Source: Ruminococcus sp.
GTDB taxonomy: Bacteria; Bacillota; Clostridia; Oscillospirales; Ruminococcaceae
Length of the DNA: 64,000 bases
NCBI GenBank assembly: GCA_029055625.1
Contig: JAIDCY010000027.1
Coordinates: forward strand, 226 to 64,225
Direction of reading: 5' to 3'
Positions 47,771 through 58,242 of the stretch are shown piece after piece. Under the pieces are notes generated by a model. The model saw only the letters and a program-made list of their open reading frames with translations, had not been told where the DNA came from and made no database searches. The translations under genes and the position numbers were made by a program. Positions within the stretch are counted from its first letter, which is position 1. Every line of letters begins with the position of its first letter.

Positions 47771-50700
47771 CTATAACGACAAGAAACTCCGCTTTTTAAA
47801 ATAAATATCAGGAAGTATTATAGCAGATTCATCAGTATCATCTTTGCCTTTCCATGCACAAACTAATCTGATTTTTGCACAATAAGGATAATACCCTTCT
47901 GACATCTTTTTCTTGATTTTTTCATTGCCAGCTGATGAAAACTGCAATACAGGCAATGCTTTATTTTGTGATTCCAAATAAAGTTTATTTCCTATAATGC
48001 TCAGATATAATCCACTATAAAGTTTCAGTATTAACTGCTTTTTATCCTTGAAGTAATCAAGAAATACATCTCTATGAGACAACTGTAATATCAGTTCATC
48101 CGGATCGGGATAGGAGATATAATTATTTTCAAAACACATTGACATTTCGGAATATTTGTCGAATTGTTGACCTGAATAATGAATATGAAGAAATTTTTTA
48201 GCACGTGTAATGCCCACATAAATTTTTCTTTTAGCCTCATCATTATCAACAGGAACATTATTCAACAGCATAAAAACATTATCAAATTCCCTGCCTTTTG
48301 ATTTGTGCATAGTTGAAACGGTAATAATCCCCTGTTCACTTTCATAAAAATCTTCAAGTTTGGATTCATGCAGAAATATCAGTAAATCTGTGCGATATAT
48401 TTTAGTATTTGTCTGTCTGAATGTATTCAATATGTCAAGCAAATCAGGCAAAAACTCACTTTTTGAATACCTTTCTTTTAATTGTTCAACCGCTTTGTCC
48501 CATTGCTTATCACTTATAACGGGTAATACATCATCTGTTTCAAGTTTTTTTATAAAAAATCTTATTTCTGCAATATTATACATATCGAAGTCGTCATTGG
48601 ACTGAATAAGCTTTGATGGAATTTTTTTCTGTTTCAGCAATCCTAAAACAGTTAAAGCCTCCTGATTGGTGTTTGTAAGAACACAAGTTGTACCCGTAAT
48701 TGATGATGAAATAATATCATTAACAACAGGAATTTCCATATTACAACTGCTGTGCCTTATAATTTTAACCTCGCCGTTATTTTCTGAAACAGGATTTATA
48801 TTTTCGGTTTTCATTCTCTGAGAAATATCACTTGCAAATCTGTTTGCAAAATCAACAACACTGCGACAACTTCTGTAATTATCAACAAGAAAATATTGTA
48901 CAGCATTATGGTCTGTTATAAACGACCTGAGATACTTTGAATCCGAGCCTCTAAACTGATAAATATTCTGGTCATCATCGCCGACAGCAATAATACGCAT
49001 ATCGTCGTTTCTTGCCATTAAAGCTTTAACAAGGTTAAATTCGTTTTTGTCCATATCCTGAGCTTCATCAATTACAAGAACAGTTTTTGTTATTCTGCCA
49101 AGGTCAACATCACCATTTTGAATCAGTTCCGCAGCATCTCTTACAATATTTTCAGAATCCTGTAAATTTCCGATTTTTCCAATCAAATCAAAACAATATG
49201 AATGAAATGTTTTTATTTCAATAAAATGTGCTGAATTACCAATAAGTTCATGTAAACGCTGTTTAAATTCAATTGCAGCAGCTCTTGAAAATGTCAGCAT
49301 AAGTAATTGTTCATGTTTTACATCTTCCAATAAAAGTAACGCCGCTAATTTATGCACTAATACTTTTGTTTTTCCACTTCCCGGACCTGCCGTCACAACA
49401 ATATATTGTGCTGAATTATCGTTTATGATTTCAAGCTGTTTTGGTGAAAGCGTATCAAAAAGCTGATGATATTTTTCAGGAGTAATATTACGTTCTATTT
49501 GTAAAGCACGCTCACCGGAAAAATAATGTGACAAAAATTTTTTATAGTCCATTTGGAAATAATCATTTACAAACTTCAATGCTGATTTGTAATCACGAAC
49601 CATCATATTGGCATATTCTCCGATTATATGTATCTGCTGGATTTTATGCTTATAGAATTCATTAAGTTGCCTATAATCATCAACTTTATAACGAATTTTA
49701 TTATCAAGAACAAGCCGTTTCAATCTCATACCGTTGTACAGAACAAAAAATCCACCATCTAATTTTAAAGCACCTATTTTTGATAAGAACAACAATGCTT
49801 CCTCAATATCATTTTCGGAAATATCAGAATTAAATTGAGAATTATATGTACATTTCAATTCAAGCTCAGAAAAACCGACTAAAACTTCTTCTGCTTCACT
49901 TGCCTGAAAATTACTGTGCTTAAACAGATAATGAATGATAAATTCTGCAATTTTGTAGCTTTTCATTCGTTTTTCAGCAAGATTTTCAAGTTTGATTTTC
50001 AGAACAACAGTTACTTTTTTTGTTTCCTCGTCCTGTTCTTTTTCAATGTAACTTTTTATAGTCCAATAATAAAAAAGAGTTTTTATTGCATTAACCGTAC
50101 TTGACTTAATACCGTTTGCAAGAGCAGAATCGTTCAATTCCTTATAATTTATACAAAAATTATCTTCATCTAAATTTTCGAGTAAAAACTTTTCGAGTGC
50201 CTGAAACTTATGTAAAACCAAAAGTGATTTATTTACTGTATCAGTTTTAAGAATATATGCCGTTAAATCCTTTGCATCTGAAAGAATTCCCTCTCCACGC
50301 ATCTGCTGAACAGCGTTAAGAATTTCGGATTTTTCTATACCGAGACGGTCTGCCAGATAGTCAATTCTTGACTCTGCATCAAAATTATCAGCATTGGAAA
50401 TACTTTTACTTGAAATCAAAGATTTAATAATCCTCTTAGCCGTCTGCCGTTCAATATCATTTGCAAATCTGTGAGAATTTTCAATTTTTTTAACTGCTTC
50501 CATCATATTTTTAACAAGAATACTTGTTGCATATATTCTTGGAACATTCTTTCCTCTTTTAATATATCCTGCGTTTTCAAGAGCCTGAATAGCCGTCTTG
50601 ACTCTGGTTTCAATATCGGCAACACTATCATCCCAACCTGCCTGACGTGCAACTTCCAATGGTGAACAGCATATTTCTGGTCTTGTCTTTGTCAAAGTTT

Positions 50701-52549
50701 TTATAGCTTTCCATACCTGCTGTATTTCATTCATACTTAATTTTGTCTGATTCAATAAAATAAAATGCTTGTCCAAATCGCTATTGTTAAACAACACATA
50801 GCATTCCGCCTGCAATGACTGGTCACGACCTGCTCTTCCAGCCTCCTGAACGTAATTTTCAAGCGAATCTGATATATCATAGTGTACAACAAGCCCGACA
50901 TTTGATTTATCAACTCCCATACCAAATGCCGATGTTGCAACAATTATCTGTACTTTATCATTAATAAAAGCTTCCTGATTAGTCTGCTTTTCACTGCTCG
51001 CCATTTTGCCATTAAAAGCCCTTGCCTTAAACCCATCATTTGTAAGCTTTTCTGCAAGCTGTCGTGTACGTTTTGTTCTGGAAACATAAACTATAGTAGG
51101 ACAATTCTTTTGTTCTATAAGCATACGTAATATATCATATTTTTCATCATCATTTTCCTTATAAATCACATTATAATGAAGATTTGTCCTTGTTGCATTT
51201 GTTGCAAATAATTCAAGTTCCAATTCAAGTTTTTTATTAAAGTAATCTTTAATATCACTGATTACTTTTTGCTTGGCAGTTGCTGTAAAGCAAGATACAG
51301 GTATATGACAATCATTTCCCTTTTTTTCCTGCAATTCACGGATAAAATCACCGATGTAAAGATAATCAACACGGAAATCCTGTCCCCATGCCGAAAAGCA
51401 ATGTGCCTCATCTATTACAAACCTTGTGATTTTTCGGGATAAAAACAGACTTTCAATTGTTACTGAGCGGAGTGATTCAGGGGAAATATAAAGTATCGAT
51501 GCAATTCCACTTTCAACACGTTCTATCGCCTCGGCTCTTTCAATTGGACTAAGCAAACCATTTATTGTAACTGCATCTGCAATGCCCTTCTTTTCAAGAT
51601 TATCCACCTGGTCTTTCATAAGAGACTGTAACGGTGAAATTACAACTGTTAATCCCTTTTCTGTTTCGCCAGCAATAAGAGCTGGTATCTGGAATGTCAA
51701 TGATTTTCCACCGCCGGTCGGAAATATTGCAAGAAGTGATTTATGAGAAATAGCAGCGTTCACTGCATTTTCCTGCAAGGGTTCATCATTATACTTACGA
51801 AAAGACGGATATCCGAAATATTTACGCAGATATTTTGTAGGGTTTAACCGTTCTTTACAATATTCACATTCGCCACAAGGTGTATTTCTTAAATGCCTTA
51901 CAATATTATCGACATTCGGATAATTCATCATTACCCATTTAGGTATTAATGAATGTTCTTCATTTGCAGAAATAAAAGCAAGACAGTATGCAAGTTCAAT
52001 AGGATTGGATAAAGTAAAATTCGATAAATTTACACTTTCACATATTCTGCCAGAGAAATATGATGAGATTGTTGCATCAAGTTCACATTTTTCAGAGAAC
52101 TTCAGATATTGAAAAAATCCTGAAAAATAAGGAGATTCATGCAATAATGTATAGTATATCTTTTTTAAATCATTGTCCAGCTCATTAAAAGCATTTACTT
52201 CATCACAAAACAACTCCATAGCTTTTAAAGCATCATTCAAAGGATTATTCAATTCATCACTTTGAAGCTTGTCGTCTTTTAAAAGTGCATGATATGGCTT
52301 ATTCGGAAACATCAATGGTGAAAGATAAAGCGTATCAATAAAAATAAATTTATCAGAAATATCTATATATTTTAAATCATGGTCAATTATATTGTGACCA
52401 CAAATAAATTTGGCATATGAAATAAATTCCGAAAATATCGATGAAATATGAGTATGTAATTTACCATTCTTCTCATTTACTGCTCCATAATCATAAACCT
52501 TTTTATCAGATTCACTTACTTCTGTATCTATAAAAAAAACTGATTCCAT
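47771..52549 (-). CDS. DnaQ-like exonuclease + RecQ (SF2) helicase + UvrD/Rep (SF1) helicase fusion
   Basis: N-term IDTE...GHN...D; PTGGGKSL.FQ, SPL.SLM.DQ, DEAHC.S.WG.DFR, ATSAFGMG.DK, QE.GRAGRD; then AGPGSGKT, IDEAQD, VGDDDQNIY.FRG, STMHKSKGREF, YV.ITRAK. Confidence 0.85.
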   Translation of the reverse strand: MESVFFIDTEVSESDKKVYDYGAVNEKNGKLHTHISSIFSEFISYAKFICGHNIIDHDLKYIDISDKFIFIDTLYLSPLMFPNKPYHALLKDDKLQSDELNNPLNDALKAMELFCDEVNAFNELDNDLKKIYYTLLHESPYFSGFFQYLKFSEKCELDATISSYFSGRICESVNLSNFTLSNPIELAYCLAFISANEEHSLIPKWVMMNYPNVDNIVRHLRNTPCGECEYCKERLNPTKYLRKYFGYPSFRKYNDEPLQENAVNAAISHKSLLAIFPTGGGKSLTFQIPALIAGETEKGLTVVISPLQSLMKDQVDNLEKKGIADAVTINGLLSPIERAEAIERVESGIASILYISPESLRSVTIESLFLSRKITRFVIDEAHCFSAWGQDFRVDYLYIGDFIRELQEKKGNDCHIPVSCFTATAKQKVISDIKDYFNKKLELELELFATNATRTNLHYNVIYKENDDEKYDILRMLIEQKNCPTIVYVSRTKRTRQLAEKLTNDGFKARAFNGKMASSEKQTNQEAFINDKVQIIVATSAFGMGVDKSNVGLVVHYDISDSLENYVQEAGRAGRDQSLQAECYVLFNNSDLDKHFILLNQTKLSMNEIQQVWKAIKTLTKTRPEICCSPLEVARQAGWDDSVADIETRVKTAIQALENAGYIKRGKNVPRIYATSILVKNMMEAVKKIENSHRFANDIERQTAKRIIKSLISSKSISNADNFDAESRIDYLADRLGIEKSEILNAVQQMRGEGILSDAKDLTAYILKTDTVNKSLLVLHKFQALEKFLLENLDEDNFCINYKELNDSALANGIKSSTVNAIKTLFYYWTIKSYIEKEQDEETKKVTVVLKIKLENLAEKRMKSYKIAEFIIHYLFKHSNFQASEAEEVLVGFSELELKCTYNSQFNSDISENDIEEALLFLSKIGALKLDGGFFVLYNGMRLKRLVLDNKIRYKVDDYRQLNEFYKHKIQQIHIIGEYANMMVRDYKSALKFVNDYFQMDYKKFLSHYFSGERALQIERNITPEKYHQLFDTLSPKQLEIINDNSAQYIVVTAGPGSGKTKVLVHKLAALLLLEDVKHEQLLMLTFSRAAAIEFKQRLHELIGNSAHFIEIKTFHSYCFDLIGKIGNLQDSENIVRDAAELIQNGDVDLGRITKTVLVIDEAQDMDKNEFNLVKALMARNDDMRIIAVGDDDQNIYQFRGSDSKYLRSFITDHNAVQYFLVDNYRSCRSVVDFANRFASDISQRMKTENINPVSENNGEVKIIRHSSCNMEIPVVNDIISSSITGTTCVLTNTNQEALTVLGLLKQKKIPSKLIQSNDDFDMYNIAEIRFFIKKLETDDVLPVISDKQWDKAVEQLKERYSKSEFLPDLLDILNTFRQTNTKIYRTDLLIFLHESKLEDFYESEQGIITVSTMHKSKGREFDNVFMLLNNVPVDNDEAKRKIYVGITRAKKFLHIHYSGQQFDKYSEMSMCFENNYISYPDPDELILQLSHRDVFLDYFKDKKQLILKLYSGLYLSIIGNKLYLESQNKALPVLQFSSAGNEKIKKKMSEGYYPYCAKIRLVCAWKGKDDTDESAIILPDIYFKKRSFLSL

Positions 52550-53123
52550 AACATCATCCTATCTTTGATATTTACTATATTATATCATATATGTATAATG
52601 TTTTCAACGTTTTTGACAAAATAATTTAAACAGAAGGCATATCGTCTGAACTGCTGATACAGTACTTTATAAAATATGGTAAGGGTATGAGGGATTTACA
52701 TAATTTCTAAAATTTTGCGTTACTCAACGTATGCACTGTGAGCAACTTTTTTGGGGTCAAGCTTGTGGTTCTTCCAAGTTTATATACTTGCAATCTTTTA
52801 TATTTTCTATCAACTTTTCTGATTTAATTTTTCAAGTTGATATATTTAGTATTAATCACAAATATTGTATTATTTAAATATATCTTAGTGTCTGTTCAGT
52901 ATCTTAATGTGTTTGTATTTATAATTCTATAATTCATAATTTCTCCGGAGCAGTCCGGAGGTTTTTTTGTTACCTGAGATTACAAAGAATTTACAATATT
53001 GTTTATAATATTACAATATGGTTTCCCATTGTTTAATATATTACATATTCTGTTGACTTATCCGGAATTATATGGTAATATGAACCCATGATAACAGATT
53101 CATTTTTTTAAGGAGTTGACTTT

Positions 53124-54455
53124 ATGAAAATAAAAAGAACAATGATGATGCTTATTTGTATTGGTATGGCGGCATCTTTTACAGGGTGCGGTTCAGACGA
53201 TAGTATGTATTCAAGCAGTGGCGGTGCAGTGGTTAATGAATATGCTCCGGCAGAATATGAAGAAGTGGCAGAAGGTGATGAAAGCAGTTCCGCTGATGCT
53301 GATGGCAGAGAGGGTGCGGAAATGGCTGAGGAAGATGCTCCGGTGGCTGATTCTGCTGATGATGAAAAAACTGCCGACGAAATTCTGCTTAATGAACCGG
53401 TTGAAAAACAGCATGAAGATATTCCGGAAAATCTGGCAGGCATTCTTACAGCCGGAGAGTGGAATGATAACGACAACTGGGGATTTTTCAGAAATCTGCT
53501 GTCAACTGGTGCTATAAGCCTTCCGGAATACTGTCTGAATGTTGCTGACCGGATAAAAGTTGATATTATTGACAAATCCGGCGAACCTCTTGCAAATGCA
53601 AAGGCTGAGCTGTGCGACAGTGATGGGAATATCGTGTGGACGGCATTAAGCGGAGAGAATGGCGTGGCATATCTTTTTTATCCTGGTACTTCGGCTAAAA
53701 ATCTTGCGGAGGTGAGAGTTTCCCTCGGCGATTCTTCGGAAACTGTACCGGTTGAAATATCTGAAAACGAAAACGGACAGGGAAACAGTTCGGGAAATGA
53801 GGAAACTGTCAGTGCAGTTCTTGATACAGAGGCATATCTTAAAGAGAATATGCAGGTAATGTTTATTCTTGATACAACCGGCTCTATGGGAGATGAAATG
53901 CTTTTCCTGCAAAGCGAATTCGGAGCTATTGCAGAAGCGGTAGGCTCGGAAAATATTGAGTATTCGGTTAATTTTTACCGAGACTATGGCGACGACTATG
54001 TAACTAAACTCAATGATTTTACCAGTGATACGGACAAAATAGTTAAGCTTCTCAACGGAGAAAGTGCATCCGGCGGTGGAGATACTCCGGAAGCTGTGGC
54101 GGAAATACTCACTGAAACAATGATAGATACGCAGTGGAATGACGATGCAGTCAAGGTGGCATTTCTGATTTTTGATGCTCCTCCGCACGATGATAAAAAG
54201 GAAGAGCTTGAACGGGCAGTATCTGCCGCAAGTGAGCAGGGAATAAGAATAGTTCCGGTCGTGTCGTCAAATTCCGAACGTGATACTGAAATATTCGCAC
54301 GCACGCTTAGTATAGCAACAAATGGAACGTATGTTTTTCTTACTGATGATTCGGGAGTCGGAGAAGGTCATCTTGAACCAATAATCGGCGATTATCAGGT
54401 TGAACTGCTTCAGAATATAATAATACGAATAATCAATGACTACAGACAGGGCTGA
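53124..54455 (+). CDS. VWA-domain lipoprotein
   Basis: Lipobox FTGC, acidic linker, MIDAS LDTTGSMGDE, GGGDTPEA, IFDAPPH. Confidence 0.8.
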   Translation: MKIKRTMMMLICIGMAASFTGCGSDDSMYSSSGGAVVNEYAPAEYEEVAEGDESSSADADGREGAEMAEEDAPVADSADDEKTADEILLNEPVEKQHEDIPENLAGILTAGEWNDNDNWGFFRNLLSTGAISLPEYCLNVADRIKVDIIDKSGEPLANAKAELCDSDGNIVWTALSGENGVAYLFYPGTSAKNLAEVRVSLGDSSETVPVEISENENGQGNSSGNEETVSAVLDTEAYLKENMQVMFILDTTGSMGDEMLFLQSEFGAIAEAVGSENIEYSVNFYRDYGDDYVTKLNDFTSDTDKIVKLLNGESASGGGDTPEAVAEILTETMIDTQWNDDAVKVAFLIFDAPPHDDKKEELERAVSAASEQGIRIVPVVSSNSERDTEIFARTLSIATNGTYVFLTDDSGVGEGHLEPIIGDYQVELLQNIIIRIINDYRQG

Positions 54456-54560
54456 GAAAAAATACCGCAGTTTAGAGAGATACTCAAAGAAGTTTAAGCC
54501 ATAGTACTTTCTCTTATGCTGATATAAAATATCAAAAAATAGCCGTTGTGCCGAATAACA

Positions 54561-55544
54561 TCAAGTTTTTCTGCCATTCGTTCCAGCGTCAGCAGATACT
54601 CTATATCTCAACCAAATAGCTCCATTTGACTGAATTTTTACATCTGATAAGGAGAACTCACGCATCGCATTCTTTTCAAAAAGCGGTTTACTGTTTTCAC
54701 CGGCAACAATCGGAGCAACAACAAGGCTCAGCTCATCAATCAGATTTTCTCGTTCAAAAGCACCATTGATGATACTTCCACCCTCAAGCAACAGCTTTTT
54801 GATTCCGAAAATACTGTAAAGTTTATTCAAGGCAACATTCAAATCAATATCATCTTTGCCTGCAAAAATATAGGAAACTCCTATACTACGATAATAAGCA
54901 AGCACTTCTTTCGAAGTATTTTCACATAAAACCTCAATAATATGGCAATCATCATAACCAGGGTCAGAATCGTGAATCCTGCTGTCCTTCCAACCAACTT
55001 TGCCATGACGGTCAAATGAAATAGCGTAATAATTATGCTTCTGAGCAATAAAATCTTCACATGGAATTTCGGCATTTTTGAAAGCCGTCAAATCAGGCTG
55101 AAAACCATTTGTAAAGCTCGATTCCATGGTCACTCTGCCACAGGCAAATGCATCACCTTTCAACTGCCGATTAATCTCATAATAGGTTTCGCTGACTTCC
55201 AAAGCCTTTGCAGAATTAAGAAAATCACCAGTAACCTTGCCGTCAATCGAAGTAACCATATGGCAGATGATAAACGGACGGATTCCGTATTTTTCAATCC
55301 ACTGTTTCGCATAGGAACAGCTTGCTGTAATCTCACCGCCACGCCTGTTGATTTCACTGATTGCCATTTGTACCAGCTTTTTTGCAATTCCCTGCCCACG
55401 CAAGTTGTTATCTACAAATGTTTTTTGAATCTCATAGACATTCGGCGATATTTCAGGAAATGTGATTTCAGCAACTTCTTTTTCATTATCATCTATAAAA
55501 CTGATTTTATTATAATATATTTTGTAGTCCATCTTAGTCTCCAT
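54561..55544 (-). CDS. GNAT (YjdJ-like) domain fused to a RibD C-terminal/DHFR-fold reductase
   Basis: N-term TFVD..LRGQGIA..LV...CSYA; then ICHMVTSIDGK, LLLEGG..ING.F...LIDELSLVVAP. Confidence 0.75.
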   Translation of the reverse strand: METKMDYKIYYNKISFIDDNEKEVAEITFPEISPNVYEIQKTFVDNNLRGQGIAKKLVQMAISEINRRGGEITASCSYAKQWIEKYGIRPFIICHMVTSIDGKVTGDFLNSAKALEVSETYYEINRQLKGDAFACGRVTMESSFTNGFQPDLTAFKNAEIPCEDFIAQKHNYYAISFDRHGKVGWKDSRIHDSDPGYDDCHIIEVLCENTSKEVLAYYRSIGVSYIFAGKDDIDLNVALNKLYSIFGIKKLLLEGGSIINGAFERENLIDELSLVVAPIVAGENSKPLFEKNAMREFSLSDVKIQSNGAIWLRYRVSADAGTNGRKT

Positions 55545-56991
55545 TCTTTATGTACTCATACAAAGCGACTGCATGATGAATTGCAAAGGTTGTGTGGTAT
55601 TTATAGGCTTCCAAATCGGATTTTATAGTTGTAATCGCCGTATTAACATAGCCGGGATTTTCTTTTTCTTCCTCGTAGAATGTAACATAGTCCCCTTCGC
55701 TACTTTCGTTCGCCTCTACAGCGATTTCCAAATTGCAGTCATTCTTTTCTATGTAGTAGAAAACAGAATTTTCCGCATTGTTCTGTACTTCTGTTACCAA
55801 TCTCTCGACTGCGTCTGCACTGTCACGGTATACCATCAGTATTGTATCATTTGCAATCTGCGTGATAGAATCATAAACGTTTCTTGTGACCCCATCGTCA
55901 TCTGTGTATTCATATTGGACAATCCAGAACGGCAGGCAATAGGATACGGACAAATTTTTAAACTTCGCATATTTCTGTGCTGTTTCAATGAATTTCACTT
56001 GCTGGTATCTCGCTTCATTGTTATTCTTCCAGTTAAACTCCGAATTTGTCCACACCTCAACATCATAAGAAACTCCGGCTAATCTTGCGTTGTAATCGAC
56101 CAGACTGTTATACTCTTCAACTTTGTCGAAAATATTATAAATCGCCGTCTGGTAGCTGTCCTCGTATAGCCACGTATTTTCACCGGTCAGCAGATACACT
56201 TTCATGTTTCTTGCATAAGCATTTTTTACAAAGGTTTCCACCATATCCTTGCTTTTTACCAGTTTATTTGCACCAATAGAATAGTAAATCTCGGTAATAC
56301 CGTAGAATTCCATCGCATCTAAAAATTCATTCTGCTTTTCTTCATTGTCATCAATTCCGTATAAATCAGCTTTTGAACCTTTCCAATACCATGTCGCACA
56401 ATTAATTTTTGTTTCTTCATTGACAACATAAACGTCCATTGTAGTAGCGTTATAAAGATATCTGGTATCACTGTTCAAACCGAGTTTTTCATTATTCACG
56501 AGATAAAACCGGTCTATTGAATAATCCAGAGGACGACCCATTTTGTTTTCAATTGTACTTTTCAAGTTTCCTGAAATCTGATAATTATACTCCGATTTTG
56601 AAATATAAGCATTCCGGACAGCATCTTCATAATTCATGCCAATCAGCAAATCCAAGGGATTATGCGTCATTGTTTGAATCAATACTCGTTTCATCAGGCA
56701 AAAATCAAAAACATCAAGTCTATCATCCTCACACAAGTCACCTGCTTTCCAGTCTGCAAGTTCTGTATCCGGAACAGCCACCAGCCATTTTTGCATCAAC
56801 ACAACATCTGAGATAGAAAATTCACCGTCTGCATTGACATCTCCTGTAACAGAATTATACTGATTATAGTTCAGTCTGTCATTTTTATCTGTTTCAACGG
56901 CGTATGTCTGCCCTCCAGGAAATGAAAAGGATGCCAATATATATGCTGAGATAACAGATAATATTTTTTTCACAGTTATATTAACTCCCAT
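55534..56991 (-). CDS. Secreted protein with N-terminal dockerin and a putative TIM-barrel hydrolase domain
   Basis: Signal peptide; GDVNADGEFSISDVVLMQKWL...GDLCEDDRLDVFDF; C-domain with AGVSYDVE. Confidence 0.65.
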   Translation of the reverse strand: MGVNITVKKILSVISAYILASFSFPGGQTYAVETDKNDRLNYNQYNSVTGDVNADGEFSISDVVLMQKWLVAVPDTELADWKAGDLCEDDRLDVFDFCLMKRVLIQTMTHNPLDLLIGMNYEDAVRNAYISKSEYNYQISGNLKSTIENKMGRPLDYSIDRFYLVNNEKLGLNSDTRYLYNATTMDVYVVNEETKINCATWYWKGSKADLYGIDDNEEKQNEFLDAMEFYGITEIYYSIGANKLVKSKDMVETFVKNAYARNMKVYLLTGENTWLYEDSYQTAIYNIFDKVEEYNSLVDYNARLAGVSYDVEVWTNSEFNWKNNNEARYQQVKFIETAQKYAKFKNLSVSYCLPFWIVQYEYTDDDGVTRNVYDSITQIANDTILMVYRDSADAVERLVTEVQNNAENSVFYYIEKNDCNLEIAVEANESSEGDYVTFYEEEKENPGYVNTAITTIKSDLEAYKYHTTFAIHHAVALYEYIKNGD

Positions 56992-57321
56992 AGTTTAAAT
57001 TTCTTTCAATCGCTCCTTCAATTTTGTATTGTATTTCGTAACAGTGATATGTTTCACTGCATACGGTATAGCTTTTTTTATTCCGGCAAGCTCCTGCATT
57101 GATTCTATGTGTATTCATAATACTTCTGCTTGACTGTGCCTGCCGGAAAATTTTTGTCAACCTGATTACCGGAAACTGCTCCGAATAAATGATGCCATGC
57201 AGAACGTTTCCTGCTCCCCTGTCCGCTTCGGAATTATAACGCATGGAATATTGAATTTTCCTGCGATTTTCAGTGTATTTCTGACAACCGGACAACCAAT
57301 GTATATTTTCATAAATACTAC

Positions 57322-58206
57322 TTATTCACCTGTCATCTCACTGTTTTCAATATCCTTAAGTGAACGTCCATCACTTGTCTTCCAGCTTGTTAAACCGTTT
57401 GCACTTTTGCCAATCACAAACATGGCTGCATAAGACGGACTGGAAAGCAAAACATCTTCTTTTAAAATACCCGATTCAATACTTGCTTTCTTCCGCTGTT
57501 CTTTCAGTGCAATTGAAATTGTGTTATCATCAACCGGTGATATGTGACTTCCTTTCAAAACAACAAAGCCTTCTGATGTACGGATTCCGTCAGCTTCTAT
57601 TTTTCCCACATCTTTAATTGTACGTTCTAAATGAAGTCTCATCTCTTCGGGTTGTCCTTTACCTGATGTATCATTTTTATTTTTTTCTGGCTTGTCCAGA
57701 GGTTCAAGAACTTTAAATCCGAGAGTTCCCAACAGGATTTTTACATTTTCTATAAATTCTTCCATCGCTACAATCTGCGATTCTTTCATGACTGTATTGC
57801 GATATGTATTTTTAGTCAGCACCAAATATCTTTTTAGACTTCTGGCGATTTCTACAAATCGGTTTTCAAGATAACGAATCAAAGCCTTATTCAAATCCCT
57901 GCCCACAAAAATAACAGCTGTACTCCAATAATACTTTTCTTTTTCTGAAGTGTAGTCACGCATATGCTGTACAAGACGTTCCTTTACATTTTCTGCCTCA
58001 CCAATATACACAGAATCCGCACCGTCAGCATCTTTGCAAAACAGGAAATATACACCTGCCTGCGTGATGTCCTCCCGTTTGCACCCTGCAACCTCAATAC
58101 GTGGAATCTTTATCGCCTTTCCGTTCCAATTTGAGAGTTCCGCTGTCACAATACTGTCAGCAGTACCATTAACAAGAAATAATTCGATTGATTTTCCATA
58201 CTTCAT
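57322..58206 (-). CDS. GIY-YIG nuclease with C-terminal DUF4357
   Basis: GVYFL...VYIGEAEN..ERL..H; C-terminal F.VLKGS...F.SPS.AA..V.G.SANG...WK. Confidence 0.85.
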   Translation of the reverse strand: MKYGKSIELFLVNGTADSIVTAELSNWNGKAIKIPRIEVAGCKREDITQAGVYFLFCKDADGADSVYIGEAENVKERLVQHMRDYTSEKEKYYWSTAVIFVGRDLNKALIRYLENRFVEIARSLKRYLVLTKNTYRNTVMKESQIVAMEEFIENVKILLGTLGFKVLEPLDKPEKNKNDTSGKGQPEEMRLHLERTIKDVGKIEADGIRTSEGFVVLKGSHISPVDDNTISIALKEQRKKASIESGILKEDVLLSSPSYAAMFVIGKSANGLTSWKTSDGRSLKDIENSEMTGE

Positions 58207-58242
58207 TATGATTCTCCTTTTATTCTGAATTTTATCCTTTTT

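Noticed and set aside
56981-57295. 104-aa minus-strand ORF between the GIY-YIG and dockerin genes
   Set aside because: No recognisable motif or clear RBS, and it overlaps the probable promoter region of 55534..56991; treated as spurious.
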